A stretch of 64,000 nt of DNA. It comes from Pelomyxa schiedti (Eukaryota; Protista; Evosea). Shown here one piece after another: positions 15,248 to 28,197 of the stretch (its first letter is position 1; each line of letters opens with the position of its first letter). Position numbers and translations under genes: made by a program. Under the pieces are notes generated by a model that did not search any database, was not told where the DNA came from, and saw only the letters and a list, made by a program, of their open reading frames with translations. The stretch spans positions 62,001 to 126,000 of the forward strand of contig JAHLWZ010000791.1 of assembly GCA_020536535.1 (NCBI GenBank). Reading direction: 5' to 3'.

Positions 15248-16467
15248 TTAGCAGTGGTGTGTTCTGGGCTTCTTGGTGGACTGGGTTGGAGGCGAGAGGG
15301 GATATCCCACCCGCTTCTGGGGTTTTTGTCTTTCCGGAAGGATGTTGGTTGGAAGTGAGTTGAGAGTGGTGCCGGCGGTGGTTGTTGTGGTGGTGGCTGG
15401 GTTGGCAAGCAGTTTATTTAGTTGCAACTGAATCTGATGCAGAGTGTTCTGCAGCTGCTGCTGTTGTAGTGCTATGTCATCTCTTAATTGTTTTTGCTGT
15501 TGCCTGATTCTCCGGCACTCCTCACAACAACCGGGGTCCGGCGAAGCTCTGGAGGGCCCCATAGGAACTTGCCCACACGAGGGGGGTGTACAACAGGCAT
15601 GCAGCGAAGGGGAACCGTCTGCCGCAGACGTGGCAAGTGCCGGTACAGACGCGGTAAAAGCGGCAACTTGTTGTTGAAGTGCTCCCAAATTTAAGCGTTT
15701 GCAGAAGTCTAGAGGAATGTTAGAAGAGGAGATACAGTGAGGAATCAAGTACCAACTGCACAGCTGAGAACCTCCGAGTATTTTTCAAATTGCTCTGCAG
15801 ATATGTACAACTCGAAATGGAGCATTCCAAGAAGAAGTACTTCGAGGCTGTTCATCTCTAGCAGAGGGACACCCCCAACTTTGCTGTAGAAGGTGTTGGT
15901 GTAGTACTTATCTTCGAAGTGTTTATTGGCGACAACAATACTGATGTAAAGTTAGAGATCGGATAAAGTGGTACAACTAGCTCACCAGGTCCATAGTACC
16001 CTGTGGATGTTTCTCTCTGTGATGATGAACGACGGGTTTAACAAGAGGACTTTGTCAATATAGACCAAAGCTGCCACAATTGTTTCCCTTGTGCAACCAG
16101 AGTGCTCTTCGATTCTATTTGAACGTTAACATGTGAGCTCGTACAAACGGGAAAAAAAAAAAAAAAAAATGTAAAAAATAAAGTTCATGCAAAAAACCGA
16201 CCTGCCAATGTACTCCTCCAACGAAATGACAGGAAGTCGGCCAGACCGCGATTCAAACGGCCGCTCAGTCCCCAAAAGAGCCGAGACAAACGGCAAAGTA
16301 GCAGGTGTGCCTGTTTCGGCTGCCGTCGAGTCGGGAGCGCGTTGGTGCATGAGCGCGCGCAACTTTTGCCAGTTTATAAGACTCGTGAGAATGAGGGACA
16401 GGGGGCCAGCCACGGACTCATCGGACCCTGTTGTGGTAGCAGCAACTGTTGTTGGTTTGAGAAGCAT
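15248..16467 (-). CDS. Pho80-like (cyclin P/U family) cyclin
   Basis: LPVISLEEYIGR, AALVYIDK, NIHRVL and VANKHFEDKYYTNTFYSKVGGVPLLEMNSLEVLLLGMLHFELYIS across GT-AG introns. Confidence 0.9.
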
Positions 16468-17083
16468 TCTTGAAGGTTTGTGGGGAAGGGTGGAGCTCGT
16501 GGAGGTTTTTTTTTTTTTGTTTTTTTGTTGCTTGATGGTTGGTTAAAGTGCTTTTTGTTTGGCTGAAAGTGAAGTTTTTTGGCTTTCAGCTGCACTTATA
16601 AACGTACAGGTAGTAAAAAATAATTTTGAGAAAGTCAATGAAAGGACAGTTTGGCCTTATACTAATTAAGAAATCTGATTCTCACCTTATAGCAAAACAG
16701 GAACGTGTCCCTGATGTTTTTTCGTTTGTCAGTGCTCTTCGCTGAAGCTCCATTTATTTCTAGTTTTTTCCTCGCTACCACTAGATGGTACTGGGCAGCA
16801 CCAGAAATTGTTCAGTTCCCGGAATCCTCCTTGGTGTTGTGAACCCTTTTCTTTGGGCTTGTGCAGTGCAAAAATTGAAGTTCACTATAGCCTATGCTTT
16901 TTTATAAAGACCTGTGCGAATCAGACCTTTTCTGTCTCCAAGATTCTCCGACATGGTTGATGTTTCAAGGTGACGAAGGGTTTGGGAGGTGGCCACAGTA
17001 TCCCCAACCTAGGAAAGCAAGCTTGCTCCTGATGGTTTTGGGGGAAAACGGTTCTGTTTTGGGGCTTCGCATTTTCCGTAAAT

Positions 17084-18505
17084 ATGGGAGCCACTGAAAG
17101 TGCGCCGGGCGCCGCCAGGACCGACGACGACAACTCGTCCGCCACAGACGACAGCCTGGACGACGACCGCTACAACGACATATCCAGCGGGGGCGAGACT
17201 TCGTCCTCCGACACTGATGAGGCCGTCACACCGGCTTCTACTGCCACTTCCCGACAAAACCCCAAACCATCTTCCCCTGTGCCTGAAGCTGCTAAGGTGC
17301 TACCGTCGGCTTCCCCTGCCCCGCCTACAACAACAACAACAACCACAACAACAACCACAACAACAACCGTTACCACCAGTTCCCCTGGTGTTGGTGCCAC
17401 AACTACTACTACCAAGACTAAGGCAAGCAACAACAGCACCACCAGCACGTCGCCAAACTACGAGGGAGACAGGGACGCCAACGGGCTGCCCCACGGGGCG
17501 GGCCGCCGCACGTACGACGAGAAGGACCAGGGGGGCACATACGAGGGCGAGTGGCGGCACGGCGCGCGCCACGGCCTGGGCGTGCGGCGCCTGGCCAGCG
17601 GCGACGAGTACGACGGCGGGTGGCGCAACGACGCGTTCCACGGCATCGGCACGTACCGCTGGGCCGACGGCTCCGTGTACACCGGCGGCTGGGCCGACGG
17701 CGAGAGGGACGGCGAGGGCGCCTACGTGGGGGCGCCGCCGGGCGGCGACAAGTACGAGGGCACGTGGGCCCGCGGCGTCCGGGAGGGCGCGGGCATGTGC
17801 ATCTTCGCCAACGGCGACGTCTACAAGGGGTGCTGGGTGCGCGGCGTGATGGACGGCGAGGGCCTGTGCGAGTACGCGTCCGGGGACGTGCGGCTGTACT
17901 TTGGCGCGTGGTGCGACGGCAAGCACCACGGCAGCGGCCACTGCAAGTACGCCGACGGCGCCACGTACGACGGCGAGTGGAAGTGCGGCGTCAGGCACGG
18001 CGCGGGGACGCTGCACTGCGCCAACGGCGACGAGTACGTCGGCGACTGGCGCGACGGCCTGATGAGCGGCAGCGGCGTGTTCACGTGGGCCAGGGGCGGC
18101 CACTACGACGGCAGCTGGCACGCGGGGCACCAGGACGGCGTGGGCACGTGCGTCTACGCCAACAGCGGGGGGACCTACTGCGGCGAGTGGGTGTGCGGCG
18201 TGAGGCACGGCCGCGGCAGGCACGTGTACGTGGACGGCAGGGTGTACGACGGCGAGTGGAGGGACGACAAGATGCACGGCCAGGGGACCTGCCGGTGGCC
18301 CGACGGCAGCACCTACGAGGGCATGTGGGCCGACGGCATACGCAGCGGCTTCGGCACCAGAAGGTACGGCGACGGGAGCATATACGTGGGCAAGTGGCGC
18401 AACGACAAGAGGGATGGCCACGGCACTTTCACTAGTGCTACTGGGGAGTCTTTTGAGGCCCTGTGGCGGGATGGTGCTCCTGTCCACAAACAGCAACAGT
18501 CTTAA
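17084..18505 (+). CDS. MORN-repeat protein (intronless, 473 aa)
   Basis: About 14 tandem YxGxWxxGxxxGxG repeats following a Ser/Thr/Asp-rich N-terminus. Confidence 0.95.
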   Translation: MGATESAPGAARTDDDNSSATDDSLDDDRYNDISSGGETSSSDTDEAVTPASTATSRQNPKPSSPVPEAAKVLPSASPAPPTTTTTTTTTTTTTTVTTSSPGVGATTTTTKTKASNNSTTSTSPNYEGDRDANGLPHGAGRRTYDEKDQGGTYEGEWRHGARHGLGVRRLASGDEYDGGWRNDAFHGIGTYRWADGSVYTGGWADGERDGEGAYVGAPPGGDKYEGTWARGVREGAGMCIFANGDVYKGCWVRGVMDGEGLCEYASGDVRLYFGAWCDGKHHGSGHCKYADGATYDGEWKCGVRHGAGTLHCANGDEYVGDWRDGLMSGSGVFTWARGGHYDGSWHAGHQDGVGTCVYANSGGTYCGEWVCGVRHGRGRHVYVDGRVYDGEWRDDKMHGQGTCRWPDGSTYEGMWADGIRSGFGTRRYGDGSIYVGKWRNDKRDGHGTFTSATGESFEALWRDGAPVHKQQQS

Positions 18506-18740
18506 CTTCACACACAGTCTCTACTCTTTCTATGCAAAACTCGCCTGTAAAAACACCACACAGCACCATTTTTATGTGTTGAGGTGCTGTGACCAAGAAG
18601 CCAAAAAAAAGTGCTTTTCTTTCCAGCGATAGAATTTAGATTTTAGAATTTGTAACCGTTCTTATTCGTGACAGTTGCACTCTGCAGATTTAATTAAATA
18701 CAAACAATACCGTAGTGCCCGGACACTCGAGGTAGACACC

Positions 18741-20411
18741 ATGGGTCGCAAGAATCGAAACAAAAACGCCAACAAATCCGCACCTAAAGAAGCTGACGAA
18801 GGCGTGCCGCAAAACACGACAGAGGAAAACGGCGACAACTCGAACGAATCTACGACAACCACAACCAGTACCACTAGCAGTGGCACAACGAACACAACCA
18901 GTACGACTACCACGAGCGCGAGTAAGAGTGCCGATTCCGGTGACAAGTCCAAGCCGACTGATGTTGAGAAGGAGGGGAAAAAGAAGATAAAGGCGATACC
19001 GTTGACTCCCAGAAAGAAAGGGAAGAACGGAAGCACTTCCACTGCTGTAGCGAAGCGAGAGCTGGACGAGAAGGAGCGAGAAAAGGCCCTCGCTGAAGTC
19101 AGGGAGGAACGGCGTTCTGCTAGGCAGAAGCACAAAATGAGGCGTAGCAGTTGTTGCCCAAATGAGGAGGTTGACGGTGCCAAATCAGATACCGCCACTG
19201 AACCCAGCTCTGCCACCACACAGGCGAATGCAAGCGCTGTTAAAATTGATGCACAGGCACCCAGTGCTACTTCTTCGTCAGCGGCAGATACCACTGCATC
19301 AGCAACCGCAACAACCACAACGCCTACAACCTCGTCATCTACCGAAGAGCCCATGGAGTGTGGGATATGTATGGAAAACATAACCATCAGGGGAAAAATC
19401 GAGTGTTGTGATCATGCATTCTGCTTTGCTTGCATTATGCACTGGTCCAGAGTGTGCCTCTTCTCAGTTAATTCGTGACTCATCAATTTTGTTAGGTAAC
19501 TAATACTTGTCCTATGTGCAAGGCAAGGTTCAAGCGGGTGGAGAAGAAACATGTATCTCAAATCTTCATCTCTGTCTTGCTTACCTTGTCAAGATATCTG
19601 GCCCTCCCGTGAGTTTAGGAAAGACTATCCACAAAATTAAAACAAAAGATCAACGCCCCGAATACAGCCCTCCAAGACCAGGAGACTTCGACTCCGATTC
19701 TGATTTTGACGGAGATATTGTAAACAGCACTTACCTTACACTCCTTCATAACAGTAACTTTTTTTAGACTGTTACTTTGGACAGTCGGGATCTTCCCTAC
19801 TTGATGGGAATGATGGGTATACCTTCTTTTGTCTTCAAGTTTTACGAAAATAATTAATTTCAATTCAGCTGCCGAAGACTATGAAGACTTTTCTGATGGT
19901 GACGATATGATCCAGGTGATCGACTTGGATGACGGGGGTCAGGTGTTTTCGTTCGATCCCAGCAACGATGAGGCACTATCAGTGATCCATATTTTTGATG
20001 ATTTGAGTGACTATGACGATTATGGATATGACACCGACAGTGAGGAATCAGACGACTCCGACGATAGTGACTCCGACGCTGAATCTGAGGGTAGTTCCGA
20101 TGATTCAGACTCTGATGCCTCTGACGCAGGAGTTTGGGTTGTACGAGAACGTGAACCCAGACGCCGCAGGTAACGTTGCCCATTAACCGTGATTGACAAC
20201 TCATACCTTTTCCAGACAACCATCAAAGCTGTTCTCCTCACAACCACAACAACCACAGCAATCGACACCACACGAAGACCAACCCACCACAACACCAACC
20301 ACAAGTACACCTACCACAGAGGATCAAACCACCCCAAGAATAAGACAGCATCCCAATTCTTCAGGGGCACCACGCCAGAACAACAAGTCTAAAAGACCCC
20401 GCAAAAGCTGA
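18741..20411 (+). CDS. C3HC4 RING-finger protein (putative E3 ligase) with acidic and Thr-rich tails
   Basis: CGICMENITIRGKIECCDHAFCFACIMHWSR, intron, VTNTCPMCKARF. Confidence 0.88.
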
Positions 20412-20846
20412 ACAAATGCACAGAACCCCAAGCACCACTAGAACGCACGAAAATGAAATAATGATGAACTCAAAACGAAATTCTTTGAATTTTTTTCATC
20501 GCATCACGAAAGTTTTTCCTGTTCACCAAGTTAAAAAAAACTCTCACACAGAAACTACGTGCAATAAACAAACCAAGGGGTGATAGCGAACCGACCAACA
20601 AACAAAACAAAAAAAAAAAAAACCAAACACCAACAACCCACAACGACCACGGCCAACCCCAACAACGTCCTGTTGATCGGAACCAGGGGCGAGCGAGGTG
20701 CCGCGTTGATTGGGTCTGCGGCCAACTCGTCGTCGTTCGTGAAGTGCCAGGTGAAATCGGGGGCGTCGTCGACCTCCTCGGCGTCGGCTTCGTCGCCTGG
20801 GGGGTTCCGCAACAGCACGGACTACAAGGGCCTCACCCTCACCAGC

Positions 20847-23800
20847 ATGCACCGCACCGTGCCCCCGAACGCCGCACCCGCCCCTCCCGCCAACGTGCCC
20901 CCGATGCCAATTATGGGAGGCGGTGGCACAGCCGCCGCCACCACGGCCACGGCCACGGCCACGCCCAGCATCAACAATACCACCGCCGAGTGCCCCGAGG
21001 CGCAGACCCCGCCATCTCATCAGCAGGACGCAGTTTTGTCAACGGGCACTTGTGGGAGCGGCGACTTGCCCCCAAATGCTGCCCCGGTGCCTCCTGTTTA
21101 CATCCCGCCCCCGCCGACCGTCGTGGGCAGCAGCCCGCCTCCGCCGGCGAAAACCCACACGGCGGAGCTGGCGTACTCTAGCGCCGCCGCGTCGTCGTCG
21201 TTCGCGGCGTCCTCCGCTGCCATCGCGGCGTCGGCGATCGCGGCGGCGAGTGTCACGACGGCGATGGCTGCTTCGCAACTGCAGCAAAGTTCAAGCATGC
21301 CGGCTCAGGGGAGTGGTACGGCGACAGCGAGTCCTGAATCTTCGGAGCAATCAGCTATTGACGAATCGAAACCGTTTGTTCCCGCCATATCGAACTCTTT
21401 GACAAAGTTTCCTCACCAACAAAAGAGCGATTATTGTGGATCATGATGGCGCTGTTAAAATGGGAACAGTCGAGGCCTTAGTTGCACGCCTTACTACAGA
21501 AAAAAAGCCAGGCAAGTTACTTTTTTTAATTTTACTTTCTGACCTTGAAAAATACTTTAGACCCACAGTTCATGCTGCGATTTTTACTCACACACAATGC
21601 CCACACAACACCTTTCCGCCTGTTGGAGCTTTTGATAAACAGGTTACCAATATTTTTCTGTACTAAGAAATTGAAATTGAACAATCCCAGGTACAATCTT
21701 CAGCCAACACGAATTAACACCCCTGAAGAAAGGGAAGCATTTATAAAAACAACTTTGTACCCTATACGTCTGCGGTACCCTGCTTTCATTACCTTCTCTT
21801 TTGGCTCATAAAACACAGTATATTTGTGGTATTAGAAACGTGGATAAAAAAACTTTGGAATAGTAGCACTGATCCAGAACTTGTAAATAAAGTAAAGGAG
21901 TTCGCCACAGAAGCCTCACAAGTCATGAAAATGCCAGCAGATCAACTTCTCAAAACTATACATAAATCGGTTCGTCCCATCCCTAAGTTATTTGATTTGA
22001 TCTTATGCATTTTCCCCCTTGTGAAGGTTACTGGTAAGGAGGTAGGTGGGGAAATTGTCTGGGATAAGCCACCACCTCAGTCTCTTCTTCCTCTTGCTTT
22101 AAGCCAGGGATATGAATTAACTCCAGAAATCATGTCGTTTCATACAGTACCTGTATGTGACAGCAGGAGGGGAGGAAAAGTTTTCACAACAAAAGATAAG
22201 GGAAATTGCTAGGCAGTTGACTCTTATTGAGCAAGGGATCTACAAATCCATCAAACCTTGGGAGTTGCTGGGTCTTGCTTGGACAAAGAAAGACAAATCC
22301 CTTGCCCCCAATGTGTCTCGTATGATACAACACTTCAACAAGGTTGAGCATTTCTCCTTTCAACGGATTGTGTGGGAGCTTATTCCATCTACCAGATAAG
22401 CAATTGGGTGTATTCTGAGATAACTGCTGTTGAAGATCTCCAAATGAGAATCCGCACATTGGAACGCTGCATTGAACTTGCAGAGGTTGTGCCAACTCAT
22501 TACAGCTCATAATTTATTCCTCCCAGAATTTGGAACGCCTCCAAAATTTCAATGCTTTGATGGAAGTAATTTCTGGATTAACCAACAGTTGTGTTTTCAG
22601 GCTGAAGAAAACTTGGGCGGTAATACATCCCTCACTTTTTTACTGCTTTACATTACAATATCCTTTTCAACAGGGAATCTCTTCACATCATAGTAAAATA
22701 TTTGAGGCCATCAGAGAGCTCACTGATAACTCAAAGAACAATCAAATTATGCGAAACAGACTAAAAAATATTCATCCCGTATTTGTTGTTAAATATTTTC
22801 CATTTATTAACTATTAAAAGCCATGTATTCCATACTTGGGGATCTTCCTTACTGATTTGACTTTCATTGGTTGTTTCAGTGTCCTCATCTTAAAACTAAC
22901 ACACTTCCAGAGGAGGGTAACCAAACATTCATTGAAGACAAAGTCAATTTTTTCAAGTGCACCCTTCAAGTACTTTCATTTAGTGTACATTCAATCCATT
23001 TACACTAAAACTTGCTAGGCCAATGTAATTATTGATGTTCAGCAGTACCAACAACAGCCTTATTGTCTGCGAGAGGTGCAACCAATCATTGACTGGATAC
23101 TGACACGTGGCTGCACCTTGACAGAAGAGATATGCTACAAACGCTCTGTGATGTATGAACCTACAAATTAGCCTACTGATCCACTTACGACTTCCTTCTA
23201 GTCTTGAACCAAAAGAAAAATCTCCAGAAGACAACAAAACTGAACCTTCTGAAGATGGTCCTCCACCTGAGGAAGAACTCCCTATTTCCATGTTGTTCCC
23301 CTATGAATTGGAGCCTACCCTGGTGAAGCTACCTGTATCAATGACTATTGGTGCTGCCTGTCGGTATCAAGCCTCCTTCTCACTTCACAACTAATGTTAT
23401 TTTTTCCCTGTCACATCAGCTTACTTTTCGATCGGTGGAAAGCCAAAAAGCCTCCTGCTATCTCTACCCCATTTTTTTCCAAGTTCTTGTCACAATGCAA
23501 TGATGTATCTCTCTTGAAAATAGTTGTCCCACAGCCTCATGAACAAGCTTTTATGCTGGAAGAGCACCAAAGATTGGGAGAACTAGTTTCTAGTCTTCCA
23601 TCCTCTTGCATGCCTAAAAAGGGGGTATGTTTCGTTCTACTACTGATTATTCTTTCACAATTCCATTAGAACGAATTCTTTTTTGCACTGTTGCCATCAC
23701 CAGAAGTAATAAGTTGTGTCTACATTACTGAAAGAACATGTGAAGCAAGCCGTAAGTTACGTTGTCCCTCGCCGCAACACTAAGTGGCACTAAGACCCCC

Positions 23801-26586
23801 TCATTGATTGCAATGCCCCTCTTGGCCTGATGATACCATTACTTCAAATTGCCTTCGGAACTACAGAAAACATAATCTTAGCATACTACGAAAATGAAAG
23901 TTTGGGTAACTATTCCCTCACTTTTTTCCTTTGAATTGATTCCCGTTAGTACAATGGGTAAATTGTAACTTATCATTTGCTGCTCAACGACTGGGGAAGG
24001 GAACCCTTGTTGTGATAGCGGTGTCTGCTTTTCAGGTAAACTCTATTTTTGGCACCATATTTTAAAAAAGAAAATAGGAGTTCGTGCAATCTGAGGAGGA
24101 AATTAGAACAAGAGGGCAGTCGTTTAACGCTGTATATTTTTCCTCAAGAAAAAACCCACATCTCACTTTACTGGCAGGGTGAGTGGTCATTGAGTGGGAT
24201 CTTGCGTATCACGTCAAGTATCCCTAGTAGTGTGAAGGCAGCCCACATGGATTTGCTTGCAAGAGGTCGCAAAGTAGTGAAAGAAAAAGGACATTGGACA
24301 GTGATGATAGATGGTTTATTGGTTTATTATGCTGGAATGGAGGTAGCTACATCGGCACGAAGTAATGGAATGTAAAATTAACGTTTGTCAGGATGCGATT
24401 CCGAAACATGTTCTTCCTATCCAGTACTTTGATGTACAATATGTTCGAGAGGGAGCTCAACTGTGTATTTTAATGAAGCCAATTCTTCCAATTAAAGAAT
24501 TCAAGCCATTCATTGTATCAATTCCCTTTTCCTTCTGTTTAAGAGCAACACTTCTGTAGTTGTGTGCACCCCAGGAGGAATTGACAAGAACATGCTTCTC
24601 TCTGTTCCATACACATGTAACACCTTCCACCATATTCTCTTTGCCTTAATCTTTTATAGTCTCGAGTCAATGGTCTGATCGGGAATTATGATTTATGAAA
24701 CTAACTCACACATAGAAAAAACGCGGCAATTTGGAATCTCTCTTAGTGTGATAGCAGCCCGACCTGGGAACAAGTCGTTAGTTCCTTCTGTTTTAAGAGA
24801 CATTCTTAACTGGCTTCACTCACATAGTACTTGTTTATACCACTTTCGCTCCTAACCTGCTCTACTTGAAGGCATTTATAACGAGCGTCTCTTCTCTGGG
24901 GAAGCAAATGGCATGATTATCGAAAAATATAAGTCTCAGTTCGACTCTGGTATTGAAGTGGATTTGGGCTCATGTGATAGCGCAATTCTTGGGGAACTTG
25001 TTTGCGTCTTTTTGAGTGAGCTGCCTGAACCCCTTTTAACTTATGCCCTGTATCCCAAGTTTCTGCACATCGCTGAGCAACTAAGTACCCAGTTTTCTTC
25101 ACTTGAAGGGAAAATAACATTTTTCAAGTAAGGGACCAAACAAACCAAACAGAGATATTCAATCTCGGTTGTCTTATGGGACAACTTCCTCTTCCCAACT
25201 ATGCCGTAATTACCTTTTTGGTTGGGTATCTGCACAACTGGGTTACTGAAAGTAAAGTTGATATTCTCAAGGTATGTATCCCTTGTCTGATGAAATCTTA
25301 CATAATGAAAAAAGGTTGCTCAGATATTTGGGTTAATGTTTTTAAGGCCTCCTTCTGAGGTGGACACCAATGAGACTATTCCTTCCTCTGTTATGCTCAC
25401 CTTAGTCATTATCAAGTGCCATGAACAGGTGAAGTTGCCCTGCTGTTAACACTGTCTTACTTCCACAAAGATTTTGTCCCGCTATGACCTCGACTTGTGG
25501 CCTCAATTCCATGAACGGTTTGGAGAAAGTTACAAAACTCCACCTACTGATATTCATTTAATTCGAGCAGAAACAAAGAAGGTATTTAATTCTTGTTCCA
25601 CACGTGCCCACTCACCCAAACAGGAAATATTGTATGCAATAAAAGAAGCCAAGCAAAAAAATTCATTTGGTGAGGTTCTGAGGAAGTCATACAGCGAAAT
25701 CCTTCGTCTGACTCAGCCGCCTCAGGGTTCACTCACTAGTTCGTCTTCAGTAGCCAACATTCCTTCTTCACCATCACAACTATCTAGCCCATCACCGCCA
25801 GTTCCTCCCGTTGAGTCTGTACCTGGTACCCTTTTACAAACTCTCGTGTTAGGTTAATTACGTCCGCACTAACCCAAAAAAAACAAAAACAAACCCAAAA
25901 CAAAAACAGGTGGAATTTTGTCTCCCTCTCCACCAATGCATACTCACCATAAAACCTCTCTTCCCCCCCTCCCAATCAATGTACAACAGCAACAGCAACA
26001 GCAGTTCACACCCACGCCGCCGCAAACACCCCCTCCACCAACACCCTCCCCACCGGACACACACCCCCACACCCCGCAGCCCACCTACACTCCCACGCCG
26101 CCGCCCGGGCTCCCTCGCCCATCCCCCTCCCCCTCCCCGCCACCTCCTTCCACAGACCCCCGGCCCACCGCCAGCCAGGACGACGAAATTCCGCCGCCGC
26201 CGCCCCAGGGCGAGCCCCGGCGCACCCACAAGCACTCCACCTCCCTCACCCTCCCCTCGATTCACGCGCCCCCTCCCCCGACCACGCAGTCTCCGAGCTC
26301 GCCCCCGGCCTCTCCCTCGGCTCCGCCGACACAGGCGCAGCGCCTGACCCCGCGGATCCTGCACCTCCCACCGGCCCCCGCCCCGCCGTCCCAGCACTCC
26401 AGGCTGCCCTCAGAGCAGCCGGTTGTTTCCACCCCTCCATCATCCCCTGGTGCGAACAGCAGTAGCAGTAGCGGCGGCGAGCTTCCGGGCACACCAACTA
26501 TGGGACACAGAGGCACTCCACCTGTAAAACCAGCACCCCCACCACCCAGTCGCGTAGCTCCGGGGGTCACCAGTTCGCATTGGTGA
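20847..26586 (+). CDS. RasGEF (REM + CDC25), PH-like, RhoGAP-like multidomain protein with a Pro-rich tail
   Basis: REM: VKMGTVEALVARL, FMLRFLLTH. CDC25: EIARQLTLIEQGIYKSIKPWELL, LQNFNALMEVISGL, PCIPYLGIFLTDLTFI. PH-like: KEKGHWTVMIDGLLVYY. RhoGAP: FGISL..VPSVL, FLSELPEPLLTY. First ATG at 20847; the frame is open from about 20580. Confidence 0.88.
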
Positions 26587-26732
26587 GTCCTTGTTACTGG
26601 CCTGTACTACACACAATTTGAGCTTAGTGTAAACTAAAAGGAAAGCGAAAGAAAAGAATTCTCCTTTTCTACAATGGGAATTGGCTTCTTTTTTTTATAG
26701 GTTGGCTTATTTACTTTGGAACAACAACATGT

Positions 26733-27602
26733 CTATCTCCAAGATAGAGGGAGAATCAGTGGGTCACGGAGTGGCCCAGAACTTGTAGATAGAGAAGCGC
26801 CTATGTACACAACAGGGCGGGATGTACTCTCCCTGTGGAAATATCGTTCGTGCGCATGTCCAGATATAGAGAGCCGCCGTTCCAAGTTCTCAGCTGGGTG
26901 CATGGCCCGAAAAGCGTGCCTAAGATGCTTGTCATTTCGTCTATCATCTGCCAAGAGTCAGTGGTTTGGGAATCCCTCGAATAATGAAATGAGATAAAGG
27001 AAAATACGGTTTGGTGGACTATGTGACACAAGTATGTCCACAGTTGGGCATGCAGCAAGAACCGACGTCCATTCTTCATCAGGCTCTTGGAAAGTGGTTC
27101 CAAAGATGGTCAGCTGCCTTCCTCCGGGGAAAGGAACGGCGCAGCCTGTGTTTCTCAGTAGAGTGAAATTGAGTTCACTGTCCTGCAGAAGCAAAGTTTG
27201 CTCTGAGCAAGTAAGTCATTTGAAGATGGGAGGTTGTACTGAAGGAAGATAGCGGGCCACGTTATCGTGATTGCCAAGAACCTGGCCAACGTTAATTTCA
27301 CGGTGGTGGGGGAGAAGAGAATAGAATTAGCTGATTACCACAAACTTCCTTTGCCTTGGTATAGAACCCATAAAGGGATCACTCCCCATCCACACATTGA
27401 AGTCGATGACTTGGTTGAAGTGTGGCCATTGCACCATATCACCTTGGGTTGTGTGTTATTTTGCTTGTTTGTACTGCGTCAAGAATAAAACGAAACCAGA
27501 GTGGACCACGATGCAATTCTCAGGGTTGCAGGACTCGGCGGCCAACTTGGTGTTTACCTCCCGATGTCGCCCATGTGTGTCTGACAGCGCAACCACAAAC
27601 AT
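26733..27602 (-). CDS. Calcineurin-like metallophosphoesterase (MPPED1/2-like)
   Basis: All five motifs recovered across introns: ALSDTH, VHSGD, VLGNHD, DILVSHSPP and SGHAHE. Confidence 0.88.
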
Positions 27603-27684
27603 TACTGATTACCCTTTTTTTCCCGAAATCAGAAACTCCAGGAGGAGAACAACCCTGCGGCAGCAGTGCGATTTATTGAACACC

Positions 27685-28180
27685 TCAGAGCTTTAAGCAG
27701 TTCCAGAGACCGGACTTCACACTAAATTCTTGAGGAATCCAAGCCTGTAAGCCCAAAAGAAGGTGACCTGACCGTACGCGGCGTTTCATTGTTTGTGTAC
27801 ATATGGGCAACCGTGTACCAAAGTAACTCTGAGCAGTGGTCTGTTGTCCGAACACACAGGTGTGCTGGATGGTGTCCGAGTCGTGGTGCTGTGACGTCAC
27901 TCTCTGTGTGGTCCCCCCACCACCTTCTTCTTTTCTGACCCATTGCACCGACATGAACCCTGTGGTGTCTACGGTCATAAGCACGTTCTCTGGCGTGGTC
28001 ACGTCTCGTGTTTCATATCTTCCGTCGTATGTGCCATAGAACTGGTTCCATTCTCAATTGGGAACCTCAGACCCGGCACTTTGGACGACGTGAGGTGCTG
28101 ATGGATTCTTCCTCTTGATGATGTACACTATGCGCGTAGATGACCGCGCAGCGACTGCGTCATTGTCCAGGTTGTCATCG
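27685..28180 (-). pseudogene. Probable remnant of a gene truncated by the transposon
   Basis: ORFs 28054-28245 and 27685-28002 share a frame and are separated by one TGA (28054-28056). The frame runs directly into the left TIR. Confidence 0.3.
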
Positions 28181-28197
28181 CATAACTGGATCATGGG
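28181..28197 (+). repeat. Left terminal inverted repeat
   Basis: CATAACTGGATCATGGG, the exact reverse complement of 32259-32275. The match extends one more base outward (G/C). Confidence 0.93.

Noticed and set aside
17300-18511. 403-aa antisense ORF and other long overlapping ORFs over the MORN gene
   Set aside because: Shadow ORFs caused by extreme GC3 and a lack of stop codons; there are no independent protein features.
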